DNA of 64,000 nt from Candidatus Poseidoniales archaeon (GCA_012960975.1 DUAE01000039.1:13437-77436), one strand, 5' to 3'; counted from the stretch's first letter, positions 33,965 through 43,338 are shown. Notes: generated from the sequence alone by a model not told the origin. Made by a program: numbers and translations.

Positions 33965-35230
33965 TCAATCCTTGAATGCAACGAAAATTGGTTTTTCAGG
34001 TGGCGGAGCCGATTTCTTGTAATAATAGAAGAATCCAAAGGAGAATATTGCAAAAGCAAAAGCTACTGGTAAAATAATGCCCGTACTATTTCCTATAGCC
34101 ACCTGATATAATGAAGATGCACTGAAAAATCCGAACATGTACGAAAAGGCGGCCAAAATACGTGAATTAAACATGGATTTTTGCATACTAGGTATGTATT
34201 TGATAATCGAAACCGCTGGTTCTGGTTTTCCAGATTGATGTGAAACAGCTTCCAATACATCGAGCAACATTTGCTCGTATTCCCAGAAAAATACACCACC
34301 ACGAGGTGTGTAAAATGCCTTTTCAGAACACCATTGAGGCGGTGCTGTCGACCTCCAACCTTCGATTAGACTGGAGCGAAGATTGGTTAGATCGAGTTGA
34401 GATCTAGAATCATAGTGAAGGCGATTCAGATCATGAAGTAAAGAGGCGAAATCTCGAATCGCAGGAAATTCACAATTTGGTTTTGCTAAACAATCTGCCA
34501 ATCGAGGTGGCCCAATTCGAATTTCATATTTACCATCATCATCGGCCTCTAAATCAGAAAAGCGCACATCACCAAGCGATGGCATACACATAGTTTGCTT
34601 GGTGTGTGGAGCACGCCAAATCGTATTGGCACGTAATCGTGCTTCAAGACCTTCCATCCGCTTATTCCAGCGTTGAGAATCCGGAGGCGTTACACGCCCC
34701 GATTCAGCCGCAGAATGATATCGACCCAATGCGGTTGCAGATCTAAACAAAATATCTTTCGCAACCTCAGAATCATTAGACTGAAGGGCTGTTTCCAACT
34801 CATTATTAGCAGTTTTTCCTCGTTCTGTCCACTCGCGAACCAAAATGACATCGCGCTCGCCAGAAACAAAACCTCCACTTGGAACGCAATTGGATTCGGG
34901 AGCTAAAGAAATACGAGCGCGCAAGCGTCCATCGCTTCCCCAGGGTAAAAATTCAGCACACCAAAGTTTTCCAGATGAACTCAATTTGAGAACCAATCCT
35001 CGATCGGTCGAAATTGTCTCTTCGATAATGACTTCACCTTCTGGAAAATTACCCCAAGATTCGAGCCCAGCGATCATAGAATTCCAATCACTAGCATCGA
35101 TGGGCTCGATAAATTCTGCTTTCATCCCGATTCCAGCGACTATGATGTGCTCAAATCCTTCAGGTGCTTCAGAATCGGACTCAATCTGCCGCATCGCGGC
35201 AGGCCGCCAAACAGATTCTGTCACGGACAT
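33965..35230 (-). CDS. Hypothetical protein with C-terminal double-TM anchor (possible degenerate kinase-like fold)
   Basis: 421-aa ORF. Soluble ~340-aa N-terminal part, then C-terminal hydrophobic segments ILAAFSYMFGFFSASSLY and GIILPVAFAFAIFSFGFFYYY. No clear motif recognised. Confidence 0.55.
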   Translation of the reverse strand: MSVTESVWRPAAMRQIESDSEAPEGFEHIIVAGIGMKAEFIEPIDASDWNSMIAGLESWGNFPEGEVIIEETISTDRGLVLKLSSSGKLWCAEFLPWGSDGRLRARISLAPESNCVPSGGFVSGERDVILVREWTERGKTANNELETALQSNDSEVAKDILFRSATALGRYHSAAESGRVTPPDSQRWNKRMEGLEARLRANTIWRAPHTKQTMCMPSLGDVRFSDLEADDDGKYEIRIGPPRLADCLAKPNCEFPAIRDFASLLHDLNRLHYDSRSQLDLTNLRSSLIEGWRSTAPPQWCSEKAFYTPRGGVFFWEYEQMLLDVLEAVSHQSGKPEPAVSIIKYIPSMQKSMFNSRILAAFSYMFGFFSASSLYQVAIGNSTGIILPVAFAFAIFSFGFFYYYKKSAPPPEKPIFVAFKD

Positions 35231-35295
35231 TGTGTCAACCCGACACCCACGAAGTGGTATCTGACTTCATGGAATCGGTAGCAAATCCTTGAAAC

Positions 35296-35859
35296 ATGGA
35301 AGGACTAGGCAGGTCTATGGCAGAGGTATCCGACATCCCCCTCGCTGTCGATATGGACGGTACTCTAATCCTTAGCGACATGAGCTATATCAGCATCACC
35401 CGTGTACTCTTCCGTCGCCCGTGGATGCTGGTTGGAATACTTGTCAACGAATTTATAGGAAAGCGAGCGCAATGGAAGCGCGACCTTGCCACAAAACTGA
35501 ATTTTGATCCGGCTGAACTTGAATATCATACGGCTTTTCTCGACTGGCTAACCGGTGAGGCAGCTCGTGGTCGCACGTTAATTTTAGCAACTGCATCAGA
35601 TAGAATCGTTGCCGAGCAAATCGCAGCACATGTTGGATTATTCTCCGATGTGATGGCTTCAGATACCAAACACAATCTTCGCTCGCACAAAAAAGCCGAA
35701 GCATTGGTCGCTCGTTACGGTGATGGGGGCTTCGGTTATTGTGGAAATTCTAAGCATGATTTGGCTGTTTGGGAGCGGGCGGGCCAAGTAATTGTGGTCA
35801 ATCCTGAACGTGGTTTGCTAGAGAAAGTTGGCGAATCTGCAGACATCGTTTTTGAATGA
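35296..35859 (+). CDS. HAD-superfamily (subfamily IB-like) hydrolase
   Basis: Motif I AVDMDGTL, motif II LILATAS, motif III/IV K..A.....GDGGFGYCGNSKHDL. Confidence 0.65.
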   Translation: MEGLGRSMAEVSDIPLAVDMDGTLILSDMSYISITRVLFRRPWMLVGILVNEFIGKRAQWKRDLATKLNFDPAELEYHTAFLDWLTGEAARGRTLILATASDRIVAEQIAAHVGLFSDVMASDTKHNLRSHKKAEALVARYGDGGFGYCGNSKHDLAVWERAGQVIVVNPERGLLEKVGESADIVFE

Positions 35860-35904
35860 TTCGCAATCCGACGACTTTAGGCACAGCGCACATTCGGTAG
35901 TATC

Positions 35905-36786
35905 ATGGGTCGTGCGCGGAAATCAGCTGGTCGCCGCCTCGACAGGTTCGCAAAATGGCTTCTAAAATTCAGAATCGTCGCAATTCCGGCGGCAAAAATC
36001 GCTAATTCTAGCACCGCCTGGAGTTTTATTTCCAGAACTGATCGAGTCAGAGTAAATCGATTACGTGATCGAATCAAGCAAGAAATTCTACCCGAGCACA
36101 TATCAATAATCATGGATGGAAATCGGCGCTTTGCATGGAATGAAAATGTCGAGAAAAACATCGGTCATACTCAAGGAAAAGAGAAATTGAAAGAAGTTAT
36201 GGATTGGATTCTTGACCTAGAAATCAAATATTTCACAGTCTATGCTCTTTCAACAGAAAATATCTCAGAGCGCGACCCAGACGAACTCGATGCGCTCTAC
36301 GACCTCTACGTCAAAGGACTTGACGAAATCGCAACTGACCCTCGAATTCACTCAAAGGGCGTAAAAGTGCAAGCGGTCGGACGCACTGAATTGCTACCCG
36401 ACCACGTACAAGAGGCGATTCAGCAGGCTGAATCGAAAACAAAAAATTACTCAAATTATCTATTCACTGTTTGTTTAGCCTACGGTGGGCGAGAGGAAAT
36501 TGTCGATGCGGTAAGAAGAATTGCAAGAGAGCATGCGAGTGGGGATCTGGATTTGGAAGAAATAAACACTCAGCAAATATCTGAACGGCTTTACACCGCA
36601 AATTTACCCGATCCTGATTTAGTCATCCGAACGAGTGGAGAAGAGAGAATTTCGAACTTTTTACTTTGGCAAATCGCCTATGCTGAACTTCACTTCACCG
36701 ATGTCCACTGGCCTTCATTTTCTAAGCAAAATTTGTACGAAGCCATCGATGATTTCCAAAAAAGGAGACGGCGATATGGCCAATGA
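35905..36786 (+). CDS. uppS: cis-prenyltransferase (undecaprenyl/tritrans,polycis-polyprenyl diphosphate synthase)
   Basis: [45 protein letters not shown] and F....L..A...FQKRRRRYG are UppS hallmarks. It has a ~60-aa N-terminal extension, so the start is uncertain. Confidence 0.88.
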   Translation: MGRARKSAGRRLDRFAKWLLKFRIVAIPAAKIANSSTAWSFISRTDRVRVNRLRDRIKQEILPEHISIIMDGNRRFAWNENVEKNIGHTQGKEKLKEVMDWILDLEIKYFTVYALSTENISERDPDELDALYDLYVKGLDEIATDPRIHSKGVKVQAVGRTELLPDHVQEAIQQAESKTKNYSNYLFTVCLAYGGREEIVDAVRRIAREHASGDLDLEEINTQQISERLYTANLPDPDLVIRTSGEERISNFLLWQIAYAELHFTDVHWPSFSKQNLYEAIDDFQKRRRRYGQ

Positions 36787-37228
36787 GCAATGCCCAGAAT
36801 GTGGTAGAGATGGCTACCATAGCCCATCTATTACCGTCGATGCTGTCGCTGTTCGAGACGGTGAATATGGACTGGAAGTTTTGATGATTAAACGTGGACC
36901 AAAACCAGCAGAATGGGCGGGAATGTGGGCTTTTCCAGGTGGTTTCGTTGATTATGGAGAGGATCCAGAGGATGCGGTTTTGCGGGAACTCAAAGAAGAA
37001 ACCGGCGTTGAAGGAAGTAACCCAATCGCATTGACAATTCTCGGTGCACCGGGGCGAGATCCTCGCAAACATTGTGTTGGAATCTTTTATTTGGTCGAAG
37101 TCGATTATACCGCTGTCCCTATCGGAGCAGATGACGCGGTCGATGCAGCTTGGTTGCCAATTGACAATTTAGGTGTGGAAAATGTAGCTTGTGATCACGC
37201 ATCGGTGGTTGATTTACTGCGTGAATAA
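36776..37228 (+). CDS. NUDIX hydrolase
   Basis: Nudix box [27 protein letters not shown] 36776 ([10 protein letters not shown]...) overlaps the uppS end by 11 nt. The longer track ORF (36635) lies inside uppS in another frame. Confidence 0.85.
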   Translation: MANEQCPECGRDGYHSPSITVDAVAVRDGEYGLEVLMIKRGPKPAEWAGMWAFPGGFVDYGEDPEDAVLRELKEETGVEGSNPIALTILGAPGRDPRKHCVGIFYLVEVDYTAVPIGADDAVDAAWLPIDNLGVENVACDHASVVDLLRE

Positions 37229-37258
37229 TCCTATGACCTCAAGGTGTCTCGGCGAGTC

Positions 37259-37639
37259 ATGACAAAAAAAGAAGCAATCGATCTCGGAGGCATGCGCCTC
37301 GCCCCGTACAGCCCATGTGTTAGTGTAAAAGACCACATTTGGGTTGCCGGACAAATCGGCACTGATGGTGGAGACACACTGAAAGAACAAGCGGCTAAAT
37401 CACTTGAGAAAATCGATGGGCTGCTCGCTGAAGCGAATTCATCGAAAGCAGATTTAGTAATGGTCACTGTCTTGCTAACTGATATGGCTGATTTTGGAGA
37501 TTTCAACGAAGTTTACGGTGCATGGTTGGAAGGCACAATTCTACCTGCACGCGCAGCCTTTGCTGTCCGAGAATTACCCGGTGGAGCCTTAGTAGAAATT
37601 GTTGCAGAAGCATTCCGTGGTTCCGGTAGCACAGAATAA
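37259..37639 (+). CDS. ridA: RidA/YjgF/UK114 family enamine/imine deaminase
   Basis: APYSPCVSV.DHIWVAGQIG, the ...ARAAFAVRELPGGALVEIVAEA C-terminal signature, and a size of ~126 aa. The track start GTG 37244 is also possible. Confidence 0.85.
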   Translation: MTKKEAIDLGGMRLAPYSPCVSVKDHIWVAGQIGTDGGDTLKEQAAKSLEKIDGLLAEANSSKADLVMVTVLLTDMADFGDFNEVYGAWLEGTILPARAAFAVRELPGGALVEIVAEAFRGSGSTE

Positions 37640-37688
37640 TACAGCAATTCCACGATGGAATCATCAATGAGAAGGTGGAGGATTGGCT

Positions 37689-39077
37689 ATGAGCGTATTC
37701 AAGGCTTACGATATTCGTGGTCTTGCTGGAAGCCAACTCGATGCTGAATTTGCCGAGCGCCTCGGAAAGGCGCTCGCAACACATCTGGATGCTAACACAG
37801 TTGCAGTTGCCCGAGATATTCGTGAATCAGGACCTGAACTTCACGCAGCATTTCTCGCTGGTCTCACCTCGACTGGTGCGAGTGTTCTCGATTTAGGAGT
37901 CACAACAACAGGTGTACTTTACCGAGCTACCGTCGACTTACCGGTTGATGCAGCCGTAGTTATTACCGCCAGCCACAATCCACCTGAATACAATGGATTC
38001 AAAATTTGTCGAGGGGCACTACCGATGGCTGGTGAAGAATTACAAGAATTGAAAGCAACTTTTGATGCAGGAAAATTCCGAGTCTCAGAAAACTCTGGAG
38101 TTATTACCGAAATGCCTGAATTTGAATATCAATATTTGGCAACGGTTATCGAAAATGCTGGTAAACCAGTTCGTTTAGTAAAAATTGCAATCGATTGTGG
38201 AAACGCAGTACCAGGACCGCTTACTCTTCAATTAATGGAGCGTCTCGGAGTTGAAGTCATTCCAGTTTACTGTGATTGGGATAACCAATTTCCAAATCAC
38301 CCTCCAGACCCGACTCGACCGAAAAATATGGTCGATCTCGCAGCAACAGTAGTCGAAAATGGCTGCGAGTTTGGAATTGGCATGGATGGAGATGGTGACC
38401 GAATTGGAGTTGTCGATGAAGCCGGTCGATTTATCCACCCTGACAGATTGATGGCAATTTTTGCAACCGATATTTTGAGTGAACGAGTCAACGGAACCGC
38501 GGCGGAAAGAACCGTGTTTTTCGATGTAAAATGTAGCATGGCTTTGGAGGAGGTGATTGTTGCCGCTGGTGGAATTCCGAAAATGGTTCGAACCGGACAT
38601 TCATTCATGAAACGCGAATTGCGAGATAACCCAGATAGTCCGCTTGCCGGAGAAATGTCAGGCCACTTTTTCCTGCACGATCGTTGGCCAGGATTTGATG
38701 ATTCATTGTACAATACCGCCAGACTACTCGAAATTATTGCCCGTGATCCAAGCCCAGATAATGGTGGACCGACCTTTTCTTCACGGTTTTCAAACCTTCC
38801 AAATTATCCCTCTACTGGCGAAGCAAAAGTACCTCTTCCTGGTGAGCGTGAAACCGTCATGTCCGCAGTTGAAGCCGCCTTTTTAGACATGGAAAAATCA
38901 ACCGTCGATGGAATTCGTGTGAAATATTCTGACGGTTGGTATCTATGCCGACCGAGTAATACTGAGCCAATCCTTGTGATGCGTGCGGAAGGGCGTAATC
39001 AAGCTGCGCTCGATACGATAATCGCAGACGTTAATCGACGAATTGGTGGAATGATTGACTTAGAAAATCTAGTCTAA
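37689..39077 (+). CDS. Phosphoglucomutase/phosphomannomutase family protein
   Basis: FKAYDIRG, active-site loop ITASHNPPEYNGFK, Mg site GIGMDGDGDRIGVVD and sugar loop GEMSGHFF. ATG 37689 is preceded by a GGTGGAGG SD. Confidence 0.92.
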   Translation: MSVFKAYDIRGLAGSQLDAEFAERLGKALATHLDANTVAVARDIRESGPELHAAFLAGLTSTGASVLDLGVTTTGVLYRATVDLPVDAAVVITASHNPPEYNGFKICRGALPMAGEELQELKATFDAGKFRVSENSGVITEMPEFEYQYLATVIENAGKPVRLVKIAIDCGNAVPGPLTLQLMERLGVEVIPVYCDWDNQFPNHPPDPTRPKNMVDLAATVVENGCEFGIGMDGDGDRIGVVDEAGRFIHPDRLMAIFATDILSERVNGTAAERTVFFDVKCSMALEEVIVAAGGIPKMVRTGHSFMKRELRDNPDSPLAGEMSGHFFLHDRWPGFDDSLYNTARLLEIIARDPSPDNGGPTFSSRFSNLPNYPSTGEAKVPLPGERETVMSAVEAAFLDMEKSTVDGIRVKYSDGWYLCRPSNTEPILVMRAEGRNQAALDTIIADVNRRIGGMIDLENLV

Positions 39078-39623
39078 TTATTCCATTCCACCGTTTGACA
39101 TCAACAGCGGAATTGCAACAATTAATCCACAGATAGCATAGAAAAATATCCCACAAAAACCAGAAATTCCTGCTAATGCTACACCTCCTGAATCTCCCAT
39201 CCCCATCGAATCTCCTAACAAGAGAGGTGAGACAATTGATCCAATCCAAGAGACACCGAAAGCAGCGAAGATAAACCAAACCCCTTGTTTTTCATATTTC
39301 GTCATCTTATATCCACCAAGAATCGAAAGACCGCTTGAGGCCAATCCGAAAAGCACAGTTACAATTTTGTAAGTGACAGAGGTTGTGATTGGGTTACCAT
39401 TCATATCGGCCGCCCCAAAATCAAACAATGTTAATGGTATACTCAATACCCCAAATGCTCCCAGAATTATTAAAATCCAACCAATTATAACAGCTGCAGA
39501 ACTTTTCGGGCCGATCAATGGATCACCGGAGACAAAGATTGTTTTAGGGGTAGATTGGTCGGCTGTTGGAGTTCCTTCAAACCAAGGTTGTTGGGTTTCT
39601 GCATCAGGAGATTTTTCTTCCAT
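39078..39623 (-). CDS. Integral membrane protein (4 TM), function unknown
   Basis: 181-aa ORF. Soluble acidic N-terminus followed by four hydrophobic segments. Convergent with the PGM gene, with stop codons adjacent. Confidence 0.5.
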   Translation of the reverse strand: MEEKSPDAETQQPWFEGTPTADQSTPKTIFVSGDPLIGPKSSAAVIIGWILIILGAFGVLSIPLTLFDFGAADMNGNPITTSVTYKIVTVLFGLASSGLSILGGYKMTKYEKQGVWFIFAAFGVSWIGSIVSPLLLGDSMGMGDSGGVALAGISGFCGIFFYAICGLIVAIPLLMSNGGME

Positions 39624-39720
39624 GATATTTGGATATTGAAAATTGCCTTAATCATTTGGCCGGCACAAAAGTAATAATTACAGATTTCCTTATGCAGAAA
39701 TCTTTGGTGGCCGCGCTGTT

Positions 39721-39797
39721 GCTACTGTAGCTTAGCTCGGTATTGCATCTGATTCGTAATCAGAAGATCGGGAGTTCAAATCTCCCAAGTGGCTCCA
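39721..39797 (+). tRNA. tRNA-Thr (CGU), 77 nt with encoded CCA; atypically weak D stem
   Basis: Hand fold:
- Acceptor GCTACTG/AAGTGGC (6 of 7 pairs, with U3-G70 wobble and a G7-A66 mismatch).
- Perfect anticodon arm TCTGA-TTCGTAA-TCAGA.
- Variable loop AGATC.
- Perfect T arm GGGAG-TTCAAAT-CTCCC.
- Discriminator U, then CCA.
- D arm GCTT-AGCTCGGTA-TTGC has only 2 Watson-Crick pairs. Confidence 0.65.
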
Positions 39798-39807
39798 TAT
39801 AAAGAAA

Positions 39808-41124
39808 TCAAGGATTTTTTGTCTCGAGTGAATCAAGAATTGTTGCGTATTTCGCCTTGGAACGCTCCAGTGCATCGATTACCGGCATAAATTCACCAGA
39901 TAATAACGACAAAACCGAGCCCCCGCCAGTACTATTGTGAGTAACTTGGTCGGCAACACCGCGATTGCTAACCAGCGCACTCGTGTGACCACCACCAACG
40001 ATTGTCACAGCGGAAGTCTCACAGCACATATTCAAAATTTCAATCGTTCCAAAGGCGAAGCCAGATTTTTCAAAGTAAGAAGCCGGGCCGTTCCATAAAA
40101 TACAACCAGCATCCAAAATCAATGGGCGCATCGCCATCATCGTCGCGATTCCAATATCATAAATTGGATATTCAGTCGGTAAATTTTCGATGCTTTTTGC
40201 AACGCGCTTATCGTCGACACAAATTGCAACATCGATTGGAAGCAAAAATATCTCAGAATGATTCTCTATCAAATAAACTGCCATTTCCCAAGTCGATTCA
40301 AATATCTCACCATGTGCATTTCGAATGAAATTTTTATTCCACTCTCCAATATCAATTCCACTCGCCCAGAGCATTAAATTTCCAACTACTCCGACTACAG
40401 GAATTGTGTCGACGATTCCCTTGTCAATGAGATTTTTTGCAACCCTCAATGAATCATCGCATTTCGTCCCGCCGAGTACGGCAACATATGGGCGGGGTGG
40501 GTCATTAACTGCAATTTGCAGACAGTTTACTTCAGCTGCCATCAATCTTCCTGCTACACATGGAACAACTTCGGCAAAGCCAGTGAGTGAAGGTGAATTT
40601 CTATGGGCAGCAGCGAAAGCGTCTGTGACATAAACATCAATATATGGAGCTAATTTTGTGACAATTTCTGAACTTGCAGTGACTTCTGGTGATGCCTTTT
40701 TCATCGAGTTTTCATCATCGTGAATTCTGATGTTATCGAGGAATAAAATCTCACCAATATTCAATTCTTCAATCGCTTTAATCGCTTCATCACCACAAAT
40801 ATCGGGAACGAATTTAACCGTTTTTCCAAGCAGTCGAGAAATTCGGTCAGCATGTTGAGACATGTTGGTAAAATCTGATTTACCTGGTCGGGATTGATGA
40901 CCAATCATGACAATTTTTGAATTATTCATTGATCGTAAAGTAGGTAAAATCGCACGTAATCTACTGTCATCCAAGAAGGCCCCAGTAGATGGTTCGAGAG
41001 GAGAATTTACATCAACGCGATAGAATATACACTTGCCACCAAGGCGGACATCGTCGAGTGACAGAACGCCTCCCACGATTACCGCGAAAAGCCGACACCC
41101 TTTGACCGTAATGGATGCTCCCAC
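39808..41124 (-). CDS. pgk: Phosphoglycerate kinase (archaeal type)
   Basis: LDDVRLGGKCIFYRVDVNSPL, IGHQSRPG, AAHR and GGGHTSA motifs. The longest ORF starts at GTG 41124. An internal GTG at 41076 would give a more typical N-terminus. Confidence 0.88.
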   Translation of the reverse strand: MGASITVKGCRLFAVIVGGVLSLDDVRLGGKCIFYRVDVNSPLEPSTGAFLDDSRLRAILPTLRSMNNSKIVMIGHQSRPGKSDFTNMSQHADRISRLLGKTVKFVPDICGDEAIKAIEELNIGEILFLDNIRIHDDENSMKKASPEVTASSEIVTKLAPYIDVYVTDAFAAAHRNSPSLTGFAEVVPCVAGRLMAAEVNCLQIAVNDPPRPYVAVLGGTKCDDSLRVAKNLIDKGIVDTIPVVGVVGNLMLWASGIDIGEWNKNFIRNAHGEIFESTWEMAVYLIENHSEIFLLPIDVAICVDDKRVAKSIENLPTEYPIYDIGIATMMAMRPLILDAGCILWNGPASYFEKSGFAFGTIEILNMCCETSAVTIVGGGHTSALVSNRGVADQVTHNSTGGGSVLSLLSGEFMPVIDALERSKAKYATILDSLETKNP

Positions 41125-41156
41125 CTTGAATTGCCTTCCCCAATGATATTGTGTCC

Positions 41157-41170
41157 GTGGGTTAACCCAC
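41157..41170. promoter_or_regulatory. Perfect 14-nt palindrome GTGGGTTAACCCAC between divergent pgk and M24 peptidase genes
   Basis: Read directly. It ends 4 nt before ATG 41175 and lies downstream of a TATA-like ATGATATT (41142-41149). Possible operator or 5'-end hairpin. Confidence 0.3.
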
Positions 41171-41174
41171 CTGT

Positions 41175-42428
41175 ATGAACTGGGATGTGGGCCGTTTGTC
41201 CGGGCACGATGGTGCCGATTGGCGCGTGCCCGTTTCAGAGTTGGAAGAACGCCGAAGTAAGTTGGCTTCTGCGCTAGCTAAGTCAGGATTTGAGTCAGCC
41301 TTAATCGATGATCCTGTAGAATTGTATTATCTGACCGGTGGCCGGCAAAATGGTATTTTGTTGGTTGGTGCTGAAGGTTCTGCTGTCCAAACTACGCATT
41401 TTGTTCGTCGCTCTCTCGAGAGAGCTATTTTTGAATCAGGAGGAAGTGATGCTCCCGATCCGATTGTTTCTCAACCTCGCATGGGTGAATTAGCAGATAC
41501 TATTCGCTCACTTGGCGGCACTCGTACTCCAGCGATGTTGGCTGGAAAATTGCCGCAAAATCGCTGGAATTATTTTACGAATAAATTATCTTCTCTTTCG
41601 GATGAAATAGGCGACTGCACACCGATTTTGTATGGATTACGCGAAGTAAAATCGATGTGGGAAATCGAAATGATTCGTGAAAGTGGCCGGATTAATCAAG
41701 CGATGTTCGAATCAGTTCTAGCCGGTGGCGGTTTGGGTAAAACCGAACTTGAGTTGGCAGCGATGGCCGATTCTGTTAGTCGCGAAGCTGGATTCGGAGG
41801 GCGCATTCGAATGAGAAAATGGCCGATGGATTGCGATCGGGTCGTAGTTGTTGCTGGCAAATCTGGTGCAATCCCTTCCTACTTCGATTCCGCCATCGGT
41901 GGAATCGGTGCGAGTCCTATATCTTCCCTGGGCGCTGGCCATGGAAAAGTCGAATCAAACTCTCCAGTCGTCGTCGATATCGTTCACGTTCACCGTGGAT
42001 ATGTTTCGGATTGCACGCGAATGTTTTCAGCCGGCTCATTAAGTGAAAAATGGTTGAGCCGGCTTGATGATATGGTAGAAATTCGTAAAGCGGTCACAGC
42101 AAGCCTCGGCCGTGGTGAAAATTGCTCAAAAGCTTGGGAAATCGGCAATGAAATGGCCTCTGAAATGGGTCATTCTGACAATTTAATGGGAATGCTCCCT
42201 GATAAATCGTACTTTCTCGGTCATTCTGTCGGTCTCGAACTCGATGAAACTCCGGTAATCGCTCAAGGATTTGACCGACCATTGCCAATAGGTGGGGTGA
42301 TGGCAATCGAACCAAAAATTATCCATCCAGAAGGTTGTATTGGTACGGAAGATCTCTTTGTACGCACCCCCGAAGGTATGGAATTTTTGACAATGGGGGA
42401 GAAATTTCCAATCCATTCGGTCTGGTAA
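41175..42428 (+). CDS. M24 family metallopeptidase (Xaa-Pro aminopeptidase/creatinase-like)
   Basis: N-terminal creatinase-like domain followed by a pita-bread domain. Motifs include LREVKSMWEIEMIRESG, VVDIVHVHRGYVSDCTRMF, GHSVGLELDE and MAIEPKI. Confidence 0.8.
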   Translation: MNWDVGRLSGHDGADWRVPVSELEERRSKLASALAKSGFESALIDDPVELYYLTGGRQNGILLVGAEGSAVQTTHFVRRSLERAIFESGGSDAPDPIVSQPRMGELADTIRSLGGTRTPAMLAGKLPQNRWNYFTNKLSSLSDEIGDCTPILYGLREVKSMWEIEMIRESGRINQAMFESVLAGGGLGKTELELAAMADSVSREAGFGGRIRMRKWPMDCDRVVVVAGKSGAIPSYFDSAIGGIGASPISSLGAGHGKVESNSPVVVDIVHVHRGYVSDCTRMFSAGSLSEKWLSRLDDMVEIRKAVTASLGRGENCSKAWEIGNEMASEMGHSDNLMGMLPDKSYFLGHSVGLELDETPVIAQGFDRPLPIGGVMAIEPKIIHPEGCIGTEDLFVRTPEGMEFLTMGEKFPIHSVW

Positions 42429-42575
42429 TATGTCCAAAAAACCAAACGTTTCAGTGTTAGGCTCTAATAATCTCTCCTCAGTATCTGAAATTGAGAAATT
42501 AGTCGAGGACTAAATGGTTGATTACGACACTAAACTTGTGAAATCATTGATGTTCTCTTACCCTGCCGACAAGTT

Positions 42576-42869
42576 ATGTCCCGAGCCAGTCAAGCGACTC
42601 AGCGCCGTCTGGCTCGTATTCTCAGAGATCGAAAAGAGCCGCATGGAAAACCTTTCACAGATGAAGGAATCTTGCGTGGAGTCGAAATTGACGATGCGGG
42701 AATTGTCGAGTTATGGGTTCGACCAAGTCAGCCACATTGCCCTTGTTGTCTCGACGATTTGATTAATTTAAGAAAAGAGATTGTAAAGGCAAAAGGTATT
42801 CTCGCTTGCCATATCGAAATTGTCGGAATTCCTCATTCGGAACGTTGGACTGCTGCTGTAAACGAATAA
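42576..42869 (+). CDS. DUF59/MIP18-like Fe-S cluster assembly-type small protein (tentative)
   Basis: 97 aa. GILRGVEIDDAGIVELWVRPSQPHCPCCLDDLINLRKEIVKAKGILACHIEIVGIPHSERW follows the DUF59 pattern (G.v..v.i....v.v.....CP....i...i....gv..v.v..v..p.W). Confidence 0.5.
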   Translation: MSRASQATQRRLARILRDRKEPHGKPFTDEGILRGVEIDDAGIVELWVRPSQPHCPCCLDDLINLRKEIVKAKGILACHIEIVGIPHSERWTAAVNE

Positions 42870-42881
42870 TTTTCAAGATTT

Positions 42882-43040
42882 CTACTCTTCTTCATTTTTG
42901 TGCCACGCTTTTTCTTGTCGTTTCTCGACCTCGGAAATTTTTGATTTAACTCGCCCACCAAGCCACCATATTGCAAATGAGAGGCCGAGAATATCAAAGA
43001 GGATAAAAGCCATCAACTTTCCATTGGTAAAATCAATCAT
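42882..43040 (-). CDS. Small (52 aa) single-TM protein, hypothetical
   Basis: Below the ORF-track size cutoff. My translation is MIDFTNGKLMAFILFDILGLSFAIWWLGGRVKSKISEVEKRQEKAWHKNEEE. It starts 10 nt after the ferredoxin stop, and a GAGGT SD overlaps that stop. Confidence 0.35.
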   Translation of the reverse strand: MIDFTNGKLMAFILFDILGLSFAIWWLGGRVKSKISEVEKRQEKAWHKNEEE

Positions 43041-43050
43041 TTCTCAAACC

Positions 43051-43338
43051 TCATAATGGTGGAATTACATCGATATCACATGCACCTTCCGGTTCCATAC
43101 AGCATGCGAGAATGCCGCCATCTTCAATCAAAAATTCATCGAGACCAGGCGGCAATGGATTTGGATATTCTATTTGGCCAAATTTCAATCGTACCAGACA
43201 GGTTCCACAGTTTCCAGATGTGCAATTAGTTGGAATATCAATGCCTGCTCTCTCTGCAATCTCAACAATCGGCTCGTCTTCGGTGATTTCAGCGGAGCCG
43301 ATTAACAACTCCCCGCGAAAGAATCGAACGATTGCCAC
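43051..43338 (-). CDS. [2Fe-2S] ferredoxin (plant/vertebrate-type Cx4Cx2C...C)
   Basis: 95 aa. The NCTSGNCGTCLVRL ... ILACC cysteine pattern and small acidic protein fit this family. Confidence 0.8.
   Translation of the reverse strand: MAIVRFFRGELLIGSAEITEDEPIVEIAERAGIDIPTNCTSGNCGTCLVRLKFGQIEYPNPLPPGLDEFLIEDGGILACCMEPEGACDIDVIPPL

Noticed and set aside
36776-37228. Possibility that the stand-alone NUDIX hydrolase and the Spt5 N-terminal domain are recent duplicates
   Set aside because: By eye the two sequences share only the generic Nudix-fold pattern. The Spt5 extension lacks the catalytic box and the similarity is not extended. A profile alignment would be needed, so I do not claim it.
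42514-42762. 82-aa plus-strand ORF overlapping the DUF59-like ORF in another frame (possible frameshift or recoding)
   Set aside because: The 97-aa frame alone reproduces the complete DUF59-like pattern from N- to C-terminus. The 82-aa product has no recognisable features, so no frameshift is needed.
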